A stretch of 61,495 bases of DNA, the filler included, from Hausera hauseri (lineage: Eukaryota): NCBI GenBank assembly GCA_046269625.1. It is 12 parts of 12 records of this genome, joined end to end, with 100 filler letters (N's around TTAATTAATTAA, not from the genome) between each part and the next. Parts side by side here need not be neighbours in the genome. Positions count along the whole stretch, not along the records: positions 8,320 to 14,671 come from JBJURY010108876.1; positions 14,772 to 21,747 come from JBJURY010047220.1; positions 21,848 to 25,867 come from JBJURY010814643.1; 9 more parts are not named here. The stretch is one strand, 5' to 3'. Numbering within the stretch: position 1 is the stretch's first letter; every line of letters begins with the position of its first letter. The translations under genes were made by a program, and so were the position numbers. The notes beneath the pieces were generated by a model, which worked only from the letters and a program-made list of their open reading frames with translations, was not told where the DNA came from and ran no database searches. Below, piece after piece: positions 11,941 through 22,399 of this stretch.

Positions 11941-13008
11941 ATGAGCACTTATTTGATACTTGATAGTATATTATCAGAACATGACAACAACAATAACAAT
12001 ACCGCTAAACCGTTTACCATGGCATTGGACCAGCCGCTCGACTTACGCCAGAGAGCCTGAGAAATGGCTTTGGTGAAATTCACGTTTAAATTTTCACCAA
12101 TAACAATATGTGAGAACAGTGGAACATACTATACTCTCGTAAGACAATCTCCTGCATCTAATCGTTTGCAGTTAGTCCGAGACTCTAATGGAATATTTCA
12201 CGTTCGCAATTTCCAACGGCAATATTTCCCGGTTTATATTTTTCATTTAAACAATCGATTGGTGCTAAAACACAAACATCCCATTGAATTGCAAATTAAA
12301 TTACTAGCCGACGTTCAGGCATGGGGTTTTCGATCATCTGTCAATGTGCGCTCGAAAGGTTTGCAGCTCGGTGGACAAAGTATAATTAGTGAAAATTTGA
12401 ACTTTTCCACTGTGAAAACAACCGATGTTACAGTGAAGTGGCAAAAGACTGAATCATTCTTTTACTCTCATACAACAGGAATTGGTTTTCTTACGGAAAC
12501 GGAAATAGAATTGTGTGCAACCATCAAGGCAGTAGCTCAGTTGGCTCTCAAGACATTTCAATTAAATTCTGATAGTCGTATTTCATTTACACTGCACAAT
12601 AATGTTATATATTTTGCCTTAGATGAACTATTGACTAGGAATCTGGGTTTTAAGAAACGAGAATTTGGTCAAACCGGCAGCGGCAGACGGCCCATTGTTT
12701 CTAAACACAAACCACGTCTCTACGAAGCATTTCATCCTATAAATTTTTTAACGGATCTAACCGAACCTGTATATGTTGGTGGAGAACGTAAATAACTATT
12801 GGCTTTTATTGGACTGGATTCGGACACGTACAAAACACTGGGTGAAACTGCTCATGTAAATATCATCCGGCCCATGTATTTATCGTTGTCTCACAATGTT
12901 GTACACAGTATTTCCGTGCATATAGTAGACGAATTTTGGAAACCCATTAAATTTCTGTTTGGAGCCAAGAAGCATTTGTTGCTACATTTTCGTCGTCGTC
13001 GTCGTTGA
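11941..13008 (+). pseudogene. Polinton penton/minor capsid protein paralog 1
   Basis: MSTYLILDS...NTAKPFTMALDQPLDL...*EMALVKF and C-terminus TDLTEPVYVGG...PMYLSL...SISVHIVDE...LLLHFRRR, one frame with 2 stops. Confidence 0.75.
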
Positions 13009-13032
13009 TAATAAACAAACTGCGTCATCAGT

Positions 13033-13077
<45 letters not shown>
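13033..13077. repeat. (CAT)n microsatellite
   Basis: About 15 CAT units between the two penton genes. Confidence 0.95.
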
Positions 13078-13083
13078 GAGATC

Positions 13084-14162
13084 ATGAGTATTTACGTGGT
13101 GTTGCCGAGCAACAGTTGTCCGACGACTTGTCCAAACAATTCCGCTAGTAAATATGTTGTAGATTGGAGCAATCCTTTGGATTTATCTGCTAGATAATGG
13201 GAGGTTGCACTGACGGAATTTAACTTTCCCTACGTACCGGTGACATTGAGAGGTAGTATGAAAATAACGTACAATAAGACTGTTACTGAAACCAAAACAC
13301 ATTCTTGCACTCTGACACTTACTAACAATGAAATAACAGTTGGAGAATCGGTCATTTGCACGACCGAAGCAAATTACGGTTCACACAGCAAGATTGGTGT
13401 TTCTATTTTAGATCGAAACTTACATTTTATGGAAGATTTTGAATTTACTGTTACCTCTGAGTCCTCTGAGATGGCACAAAAATTTGGTTTAAAAAATACA
13501 GAGTAAAAAAGTCAACATATTCAACGTGAATATGTGGTTTGTCCAAGATTAAGTCCCGCATATTACCAGACAACGGTGAAATTTACCTATACAGCAGAAA
13601 GCGTGCCAACGTCATACGTATCGATTGGAGACAGTGTCTATTGCGAATCTGTAGCACATCTTTGTCAACACTTTTCTTCAAATCAAAAGTACAAGGAGAT
13701 ATTTAAAGTTTTCGAGTCAGATGCAATTGGTACATTAAATTTGAACTTACTAAGGATATTGTTGATATTTCATGGGACAAAGTTTTGGCTATGGTATTCG
13801 GTTTTGAAAAACATAGGTGTAAGGCATCGAATACGAAAACGGCACATGGTGCAACACTTAAACGCAAACTGAAAACTGGACGAAGTCAAATGTACATTTA
13901 CGTAAACGTTACCGAACCGATTTTGGTGGATGGAGTACGTGTACCGCTACTCTGTCCAATTTATCCGAAAAGCAGTAAATATACCGCTGACGACAATGTC
14001 ACTGTCAATATCGTTAATCCAATGTACCTACCTGTGGCAACTACATCAACAAACAATGTTGAAGTCAATATCAGATGTGACGCAGGTTACTTTATTGAAT
14101 TTTCTTACGGTACCCCAACCAGTCTAACTCTTCATTTCCGTAGAAACTATGATAGATTCTGA
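13084..14162 (+). pseudogene. Polinton penton/minor capsid protein paralog 2
   Basis: MSIYVVLPSNS...NSASKYVV...PLDL...WEVALTEFNFP and MYIYVNVTEPILVDGVRVPLL...PMYLPV...VEVNIRCDAG...LTLHFRR. Confidence 0.85.
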
Positions 14163-14436
14163 AATTGTTTCCATTTACAATAAACCTTAGCTGGGCGGTG
14201 AACTGCCGTATTTCCTTGGTAAACAGTATGGCTCTGGGTGGTTGCGTACATTGGAACGCTTAATATTTCCGGTGTTGAAACGTATTGGATCTGTGACAGC
14301 AAAATCAGTACAAGACGTATTATATAAAAACAAATCGATTTTACCATCACTGAAGGAACACACCTTGACAGAAATAAAAAACGCTGCACCGGGAGTCGTT
14401 GAATCAGTCAAAAGCAATTCGCTGGCAGTGGCTTGA
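14149..14436 (+). pseudogene. Polinton small core (pVII-like) protein
   Basis: GGELPYFLGKQYGSGWLRTLERLIFPVLKR (QxGxG...PxLK pattern), directly upstream of the MCP. Confidence 0.65.
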
Positions 14437-14494
14437 GAAAACTATAAACAAACGTCGTCGTCGTATGATTTTCGATTGATTGATTGATAGATAA

Positions 14495-14671
14495 ATGGCA
14501 TTTGCAAAATCTGAATTGTGTATATTCGAGAAAGCCGCACCATAAGTTGTTATTGACAATGCAGCATTTAAAGAAATCTATCCGTTGATTCTGCTTCAAC
14601 GGACGATAACATTGACATTCAATTCAACATTATGGCATCGGACAATGAATACCTGGATTTGAACGATACGC
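14495..14671 (+). pseudogene. Polinton major capsid protein N-terminus (truncated by contig end)
   Basis: MAFAKSELCIFEKAAP*VVI...EIYP.../IQFNI...EYLDLNDT matches the KSELxLF...P.Q...YP...IEF...YIDL N-terminus. Confidence 0.8.
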
Positions 14672-14771
14672 NNNNNNNNNNNNNNNNNNNNNNNNNNNNN
14701 NNNNNNNNNNNNNNNTTAATTAATTAANNNNNNNNNNNNNNNNNNNNNNNNNNNNNNNNNNNNNNNNNNNN

Positions 14772-15240
14772 TCACTTATGACACTCGCTGGGGCGCGCTT
14801 TCGGTTGTTTAAGGGGAGCGGGCTGCATATTGATTTTTAGTCAGCAGACTGCAAGGACAGCGGCACAAGATACAACAACTATCTGCATTTTTTCTAAAAA
14901 AAAAAAAAAGAAGACATTTTGTCTGTAGCAAACATTTCTATGAATGATGATTCTATGAACTGATAACTGGCAAGTGCGGTTTTGAGCTCGCTGTGCAGCA
15001 CTCTGCGTTGTATCCATAGGTGATGCACCTGTTGCCACCGTTAATATTTGTCAAGTTATTATCGTATGGTAGTGATGATTGCTCAGTATGAACTCATATA
15101 GCGAAGAAAGTAGGCACCTCTGAATTTGCTATTTAGTGTTGCTTTTTATCTTTTTTTTTGTCTCAAGATACAGTGATGTGTCTCTATGTTACTACAAATT
15201 GAGGCGTAAATGTCCGCAGTGCAACTGATGCGGAGTGAGA
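14772..15240 (+). ncRNA. Probable kinetoplastid snoRNA cluster (C/D and single-hairpin AGA-type H/ACA)
   Basis: Box C/D pairs: ATGATGA 14944 + CTGA 14960; GTGATGA 15072 + CTGA 15120; GTGATGT 15173 + CTGA 15225. Hairpin ending AGA near 14820-14872. rRNA targets not verified. Confidence 0.5.
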
Positions 15241-16129
15241 GATGTAATCATAGTTGTTATTCGGAAATGCAGTTGCAAGTGGAGCATTGCACGCTCTTTT
15301 GGCATTCTGTTTCCTTGTGTTTATTTTCCGTCTTGTTGCGTTTGTTCAATATCATTGATTTGTATTGAAGAGGTGCTTTGTTCATTGTGGTTCTGAGACA
15401 TGTCCGAAAATCGCCTACGTGCACAGCTGCCGGCGAATAGCCACGAGAAGGGACATACTGTGGATTCTCCGAATGTTCGAGTCGGCTGCGGCGGTCCCTC
15501 AAACTGGAGGAAAAGGTGACGTTTGTTGTATCGAGGTATGAATACTGAGTTTTTATTAAGCAGAATGGAGCATACGAGTTCACACACCCTGTCGTTTGTC
15601 GTCAACATACAGAGGTTTTTCAGCGTGCTTCCAAGTATCTTCATACATCTCTTACGAAATGTTCTGTAAGGATGATATTACTCGGGTTCTTTGTGATGAT
15701 GTTGTTGTCGTTTTCTTTTTGTGTTTTTTTTTCCCCCTCTACTTTTGTTATGGTTGACCTCTGGAATATTATCGGTTACAAACAATTCAGCTCCAGAATA
15801 TCGGTTGATACGGTATGTTTTAGTTGTTCTCCGTCCTGTTTGTTCAGAGTGGTGCTAAATATACGCCTATTATCTCATAGACCTCTTTCATTCTTCTCAA
15901 TTTTTTTTTTTAAATCCTTATTATTCGCATCACTCAAACATGTTGTTGTTGCTGCGATCCAACGCGTATGACTCTGAGCTGTAAAATGTAGACCTGACTG
16001 GTTGCTTTTATGATGATCCTGATAATATTTGTTCCTTCTTTTTTCCTATAAAAATGTGCGAAGGTTGCACTTGCTTGACTTTTATCCTTTCCTTGGCTAT
16101 ACTTCACCTCTTAACGTTTCACCATCCAT

Positions 16130-16894
16130 ATGTCCATTTACCCACATCTTGTATTTTTACTGCTTCTCACCGTTACGGCTACTGTTTTTGCACAGGATCC
16201 TGCTGGTGGTTGGTTGTCATATGCCACTGCCTCGTGTCCCGCCGGCACGCACTTAACACATTTCCAGGGGCGCTGGCAGGTTTTGGGCAACGCACCCAGC
16301 AGTGGCGCTTATTATTCTCCATGGATCGGCTCAGACACGTCCGACAACCTGAATCTTATACAGCCGGTAAACCCATGGACGTTTTCGAGTTGGGCTTTTT
16401 ATACTGAATATTTTCAGTGGGAACCAGGGTATAATTCTAATTCGAACAATGTGAATTGTCAAACCGGAGATTGGATGCGTGGTGTGATCCATTACGATAA
16501 AAATAACTCATACACGATTCTTCAATATGACGAGACCACGAACAAGGGTAGCTACCAAAATGTCGTTCCTCAAAAAGATGCGTATGGAAAGGAAAAGAAG
16601 TATACGATTCTCTACGTTGTATTCGAAAAAGTTGCCAACTGTAATGACTACCCCCCTGACGAAAAAATCACCTTCAGAGATCTGATTGTGGAATGCAACC
16701 ACAAACGCATTGTGCCAAAATGGAAGACTTCATATGTTGAAGATGTTTGTCAATTCCGTGCTCATGTAGTATCCCCTTCGACTATTGTCATGACGTGGAA
16801 TACGAGTGCACCGAGCAACAAAGCGAAGGTTGCGATTCAATATCGTAAAAACGCGGAACGTCTAAATGAAATGAAGCGTGGGTTTATGCACTAA
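16130..16894 (+). CDS. Secreted beta-rich hypothetical protein (signal peptide; possible peptidase G1/concanavalin-like fold)
   Basis: Intact 254-aa ORF, N-terminal hydrophobic segment ending VFA-QD, Trp-rich SPWIG...LIQPVNPW motif, preceded by polypyrimidine tract. Confidence 0.75.
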   Translation: MSIYPHLVFLLLLTVTATVFAQDPAGGWLSYATASCPAGTHLTHFQGRWQVLGNAPSSGAYYSPWIGSDTSDNLNLIQPVNPWTFSSWAFYTEYFQWEPGYNSNSNNVNCQTGDWMRGVIHYDKNNSYTILQYDETTNKGSYQNVVPQKDAYGKEKKYTILYVVFEKVANCNDYPPDEKITFRDLIVECNHKRIVPKWKTSYVEDVCQFRAHVVSPSTIVMTWNTSAPSNKAKVAIQYRKNAERLNEMKRGFMH

Positions 16895-17364
16895 GAGCGA
16901 CAGCTACACCAACATGACAGCGCAGAACCTTGTCATCAGGGTGCGTTTTGTTTCCTGTTTTTATTCTTCTTTATTTTCTCCGTTACAAACATGAAGGTGA
17001 AACATCCTATAATTCTTAAGGACGGTTGTGAACCAGACAATTATGGACTTTGTACGTGGATGCAGCTATGGAAAAAAGAGAACTGACGTAGCAACTGATT
17101 GTAAGTTATGAATGTTTTTTTTTTTTTTCAACTTTTCCTTTTGCTTTGATGTATCTCTATGTGCGTGTGATGTTGTATTTTGTGACTTTAATGCGGCCAC
17201 TCATGGTATTTTCGTTTCGGATTCCTTCTTTTTTTTGCGCAATGCGGGCTACTAGTACGAGGAAAAAAAGTATCGTAGGATTTTCTGTCAACTCTAGGTG
17301 ATAGGATAGTATATAAACGACAGTTGCTGTGTGTGTTTGTACTGTCTTAGGTTGGTGAGGTTGG

Positions 17365-18870
17365 ATGTGCGCGTTGGGGACACTTTTGTGCCTTGGTGTG
17401 CCAGGTGGTTTTCAACCGATTAGCGATGGGAATTGCGTAGCGGATAAGTATTTGGTTGATGGACGTGATTTTCATTGTTTTGTGCGCAAGGATGAGTCGC
17501 TGTTATCTGGGATTTCGAGCGCTAATGGACACATTGCCGAGTCTGCGATTAAGATCGTTGCGCCATCGCTCACTCCGTTTAACATTGCGCTTGTGTTGCT
17601 GTCTGATGGGGCTGTTGTGTATTTGTCGGTGAATCGCGACTATCACCTTAAGCGCGTTACGTTTGACTCTGAGGTGTCTGAGAAGTCTCAGTTGGAGAAC
17701 CCTAAAATTGTTGACATTGCTGCCGGTGGAACACACATGGTCGCATGTGACACACTTGGGAATGTGTACACGTGGGGGTGGAGCAATGAGTGGGGTCAGT
17801 TTGGTGATGGGAGTGCATGGAAAAGGAAGGTGTATGAGGAATCTTTTGCGATCGCAGGAACAGGCGGGTCCAATGATGGTTGCTGTGGGAGTTTTTTCTG
17901 TTGTGATAGTGACGGGGAAAAGATAATTCTGACCACTCCAAAGCGACTTAGCAGCTTTGGTTCTTGTAATAATCGACCGGCAATTGTGCAAGTATCGTGC
18001 GGTAGACGGCACACTTTGTTTCTCTCTGCGACGAAGCGTTGCGTATATGTTTGCGGGAACGGGGCGAACGGACAACTAGGCCTCGGACCGTCGTTCGCAG
18101 TTTCACCTTGGCCGTTGTCTGTCAAGTCTCTCGTAGGATGTTGTGTAAAGGCTGTGTTTGCGTCACCAGAGGCTGATCATTCCATTGTGTTGTTAGAGAC
18201 CGGAAAAGTTCTTGTTTTTGGTGAGAATAGCGTTGGAACTCTTGGCACTGGATCTCAAGCCACACTCTGGAGGCCGTCTCGGATCATTTATCACAATAAT
18301 ACTAGAGTGGCTCCCATTGCTCTCAAAGAAGCATGCGAAGCGAACTTGAAAACATATAACGCTGCTGTTGCAGCTTTTGGCACTACCAGCAGCTATTCGT
18401 GTCCTCGAAGAATCAAGAAGACCGTGGAGTCGCTCACATTTAATGAACCCGCTGCAGATTCCCTGTCAACAAGCGCGATGTGCACTATTGTTCAGGATCG
18501 TGATGGATTTTTGTACACTTCCGGAATGCGGCCAGTGAGGATGGATGCTCAGATGAGGAATGCTGTTGGAGCTATAGGTCGCCATATTGAGAAGACGAAA
18601 GGGAGCATTTTTGAAGAAGTCGCTGTTGAAACGGGGCCTTATGCCAAGGGGATAGCATGCAACGGTTTTACAATGTTTATGAATGCCAAACATGCGAGTG
18701 AAGTAGCGTATTTCGTCGGGTCGGTAAAAGACCGTGATGGTGAGATTGTTACTGCATCTGGGCTGCAAGGTGCTTTCTCTGTTGGCAGTATTCAGTTTCA
18801 ATTTACCGGAAAGGTTCTGAATATTTTTCCAGTCGTTGGTGGTGCAATCATACAGTTGTGTTTCTCTTGA
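17365..18870 (+). CDS. RCC1-repeat protein
   Basis: IVDIAAGGTHMVA...GNVYTWG...WGQFG; IVQVSCGRRHTLFL...YVCGNGANGQLG; DHSIVL...GKVLVFGEN...GTLG. Confidence 0.92.
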   Translation: MCALGTLLCLGVPGGFQPISDGNCVADKYLVDGRDFHCFVRKDESLLSGISSANGHIAESAIKIVAPSLTPFNIALVLLSDGAVVYLSVNRDYHLKRVTFDSEVSEKSQLENPKIVDIAAGGTHMVACDTLGNVYTWGWSNEWGQFGDGSAWKRKVYEESFAIAGTGGSNDGCCGSFFCCDSDGEKIILTTPKRLSSFGSCNNRPAIVQVSCGRRHTLFLSATKRCVYVCGNGANGQLGLGPSFAVSPWPLSVKSLVGCCVKAVFASPEADHSIVLLETGKVLVFGENSVGTLGTGSQATLWRPSRIIYHNNTRVAPIALKEACEANLKTYNAAVAAFGTTSSYSCPRRIKKTVESLTFNEPAADSLSTSAMCTIVQDRDGFLYTSGMRPVRMDAQMRNAVGAIGRHIEKTKGSIFEEVAVETGPYAKGIACNGFTMFMNAKHASEVAYFVGSVKDRDGEIVTASGLQGAFSVGSIQFQFTGKVLNIFPVVGGAIIQLCFS

Positions 18871-19467
18871 TAGACATGCGGTACATTTTTGATTCAAGTT
18901 TTTTTTTGTTTTGCCCTGTTTTTTTTTTTTCCCCCTACTTTTGCAACGCGTTTTCCCAGTGAACGTTAGTTGCTGTGCTCGTGAATAAATTCAGTTCGTT
19001 GTCATTCGCTTCCATTCTCTTATCTTTATCATTGCGGAGTGAATGCTATATGTAGTTACCATGTATTGTGTTCTGCCTGTACTGATTGATTATGATTCGT
19101 GTATGTCAAATTAACATGAAAAAAATAGCGAGGCGGAGAGGCCGATATGATCTCAATGCATTCTTACGGAAAACAGTGGTATATGAAACCTTGATGATAC
19201 TGGCTGTAGATAGTGTATGCTATGACGGTGAAAGGTTGAATCGTGTAACTGTTGGTTAATATGTTATTGTCACATACTGATTCTATTCTGACGCATGTCA
19301 CCTTCATTTGTGTTTATCTGTACTTTGTTAGTTGTTGCTGTACATTTATGATTCATATTACTCCGTCAAGAGAGCAAAATTGTGTCCTTAGTCCTTTTTA
19401 AGTTTTGAAACAAACAGTCGTTTTCTTTAATCATATTAATATTGTGGTAGCTACGCTTTTAACTTAT

Positions 19468-19884
19468 ATGCGGCGCTGCTTGATTTCTCTCTCTATTCGA
19501 CGAAGCATTAAATGCACTACAACACGATATGTCCCAGTCATTTCAGCATCACCTATCACATTCGCTGCACTGGCGCACGGTGGAATGATTCACTCACGTT
19601 TCTATTGCGACGCACCCCGTGCTGGGTAATACCTATTATCGAAGGACGACGTGCTGGCTCGTGTACTTGAGGTTGTGAAAAACTTTGAAAAGGTCGATGC
19701 GTCCAAGGTGACTGCTGAATCACACTTTGTGAACGATTTGGGTTTAGATTCCCTTGATGTTGTGGAGATGGTCATGGCCCTGGAGCAGGAGTTCATTCTC
19801 GATATTCCGGACCACGATGCCGAAAAGATTCAGTCAATCAATGATGCTGTGGAGTACATTTGTCAGAACCCAATGGCTAAATAA
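19468..19884 (+). CDS. ACP: Mitochondrial acyl carrier protein (kinetoplastid type) with one in-frame TAA at 19627-19629
   Basis: Arg-rich presequence MRRCLISLSIRR..., then *YLLSKDDVLARVLEVVKNFEKVDASKV...LGLDSLDVVE...EQEFILDIPDHDAEKIQS...QNPMAK, all in one frame. Confidence 0.92.
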
Positions 19885-20309
19885 TCTGGGTGCGATTTAA
19901 TGCTTCAGTGGATGATTGACAGAATGTAAGTAACCAAGATACTCAACTAATCAACTTACATAGGCAGTACAGACGTGATAGATGCAACCTGCGATATATA
20001 TATACAATTTGTTTTTTTTTTGTCGTACTGTGTTTGAAACATTCTCTGTGTGTTTAAGTGAGTAACCGAATTGTCTTTGTTTTTGAAATAAGATTGTTTT
20101 CTTTTATATGTATTTAGTCTGGCAACGTTATCTTGATTTATGTCTTTGTTGCTGACTTATTTTTTCCTATTGCTGTTATTACTCGTGGTTGATATGTTGC
20201 GGGTCAGTTATATATTTTTCTATTGTGTTTTACCTCTATTCAGAATCTCAGCATAAGACACACGCCCTCAAGGACACGATAGTGCACAACTTTCACTGGT
20301 GGCGGGATA

Positions 20310-20912
20310 ATGTCGACTTTTGGGTGCATTATCCCTGGACAGTTACCGATTACTGATTTTGCTTTAGTTGGCAACTACAAGTGGATTGCAACTGTTGGTA
20401 CGCTTCCTGAATTGTTTATTGTATTTCTTACTGGGGTTGAACCTCTGCCACCGGGGACGGCATTGGCTGTATTTGTTACATGCGAAGAGAATATTGGACA
20501 GTGTGATAGTGGCTACAGTAACAACGAAGCTTACAGTTATCTTGGTTGTGTAACCAACGAGTGTCCAAGCAGCATGCTCCGGACTCCTCTAGCAATATTT
20601 GACCGTGTTGGTTGTGGGACAGCCACGCGTGTCGGGTTATCAATCGAATCACAGGAAACAATCAGCAACCTTGGGGCTGTTTCTTCTCAGCCACTGGAGC
20701 AGTTTCGTGCAGCTATTGTGACCCGAATTGCTGAACGAATCACCAGGGATTTGTGCAGGTTTGTCACATCGTTTGCGAAACCTGTCGAGGGCGCCAGCGG
20801 CGGTGTTGAGGATGTTGTATGCCTCCCAATCTCGTGGGTAGACACCTGGCAAAGACGGCTGCTAACACGTTTACAGAAGGACTCAAACTACTTTGTCTCA
20901 CCAGAGGATTGA
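20310..20912 (+). CDS. Hikeshi/OPI10 (DUF775)-family protein
   Basis: FGCIIPG...VFLTG..PLPPG...LGCVTNECPSSM...VGLSIE...FVTSFA...LPISWVDTW...LQKDSNYF mirrors the Hikeshi pattern. Confidence 0.8.
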   Translation: MSTFGCIIPGQLPITDFALVGNYKWIATVGTLPELFIVFLTGVEPLPPGTALAVFVTCEENIGQCDSGYSNNEAYSYLGCVTNECPSSMLRTPLAIFDRVGCGTATRVGLSIESQETISNLGAVSSQPLEQFRAAIVTRIAERITRDLCRFVTSFAKPVEGASGGVEDVVCLPISWVDTWQRRLLTRLQKDSNYFVSPED

Positions 20913-21714
20913 GACGAAACCTTGGGCGTTGTGCGGTTTTAATGAGCTCTCATGTGAGCAACGCTGTGCGCGGAGTTGTGTTGTTTTTTTTTTTTCTTGT
21001 TCTTTGTGTTACTCTGGACGTCTTTTCTGAGGGAGGTACCTCCTCACCACTTTGTCACAATCTTTAAGAACGACTGTTTTTATCGTCGTGACTGGCACGC
21101 TCGCGTCTGCTATGTGTGCGAATTATTAATGTGTCTCCGCCACGTACTTTGGCTCACGTGATTGACTGTAGAGGTTGTATCTTCTGGTGCACGGTCTAAG
21201 ACTAATCACTGGTAATTCTGTTTTTTGGATACACACAATGTAAGATTACCAAGTTGAGTTAACCTTGTGGATCATTATACATAATGTGAAGAAATTGCTA
21301 GTTATATATGTGAACATTGTGCTCTTACCCGCTCGAATGCAGAGTATGCGACGTTGCATGCTTAATGGAACACGTTTCTTTCTATTGCTTGTTTCACCCT
21401 CCGCTACGTGAGTTTTTGTTTTTTCTGAGCACCTTCACTGACACAGTTTCTTGTATATCTTGCGCTTTTGTTGCAGCGTGCTTATCTGAGAACGCTTCTT
21501 GGAATGGTTTAGTTGTCACGGTTTGTTTGAGGGAACAAGTGTGTAGTTTTTCATAACACCTTGGCTTCACCTTATTTGAAGTTTTAAATAAGAGCGATTC
21601 TGCGGCGTGTGCTGCTTTTCAGACTGTATCATCGTATGTTGAGTCTCTGGGCCGGTATTGTAGCCATCAAATGAGTGGCTCGAACGTATTTTTACAAACT
21701 TCTCACTGAGCCGA

Positions 21715-21747
21715 TCATTTATGACACTCGCTGAGGCGCGCTTTCGG
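21715..21747 (+). repeat. 33-bp direct repeat of the contig start (14772-14804)
   Basis: TCA(C/T)TTATGACACTCGCTG(G/A)GGCGCGCTTTCGG at both ends of contig 4, 2 mismatches. Confidence 0.95.
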
Positions 21748-22399
21748 NNNNNNNNNNNNNNNNNNNNNNNNNNNNNNNNNNNNNNNNNNNNTTAATTAAT
21801 TAANNNNNNNNNNNNNNNNNNNNNNNNNNNNNNNNNNNNNNNNNNNNATCAATATCCCATGTATTGGATCTCGCGCATGCATGTGGAGGATCAATGCCAT
21901 CAAAAGATGGAGAAATATTACAACGCAGGAGGAAAGCACACGTATGTGTGTCCAGCGTGTAATATTCAAACTCACTGTGCGTACTTCGACTTTTATGAGG
22001 TACACAAACATCATATTGATCCGTTTACTCGGTCTAAGAAGATGATGGTTGAGCATTGCCCCACATACCCACACTACTACAGTAATAAAGTGCACAACGT
22101 TAGTGGTTGTCATAGTACAATGGAGCAGTAATATAACACCACAACGCTACACACTAAACGGGCCTACGCTTGTCCCGGTTATTGTTCAATATTTGCTGAA
22201 AACTACTATGAAGAATTTTATAATCTACACAAAGGTCACTTAAACCAGTTTAAGCGGACTAAGAAACAACTAGTTATGGATTACACTAGCAGCAGCCGCA
22301 GTCTTTCAATAACCAGTAATAAACGTCAGGCCTCAACAAGTCTTGACGACTGAATCAGAAACACTACCGAGCAACAGTATCAACAAGAACAATAACAAG

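Larger units (their letters stand above)
8320..14671 (+). mobile_element. Endogenous Polinton/Maverick (adintovirus-like) morphogenesis module, decayed
   Basis: Gene order: ATPase, small GGFL protein, chromo-integrase, two pentons, core protein, MCP start. Most genes carry stops or frameshifts. Confidence 0.9.

Noticed and set aside
12891-13085. Poly-Met ORF
   Set aside because: Antisense reading of a (CAT)n microsatellite.
9532-14671. Alternative genetic code in the Polinton or animal contigs
   Set aside because: Stops fall at positions expected to be different residues (Trp, Gly, Arg, Gln) and co-occur with frameshifts, indicating neutral decay.
15257-15971. Short ORFs in the kinetoplastid spacer
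   Set aside because: Antisense to the polycistron or low complexity; no recognisable motif.
14772-21747. Horizontal transfer from kinetoplastid to animal
   Set aside because: The contig is bounded by artificial linkers; nothing links it to animal DNA.
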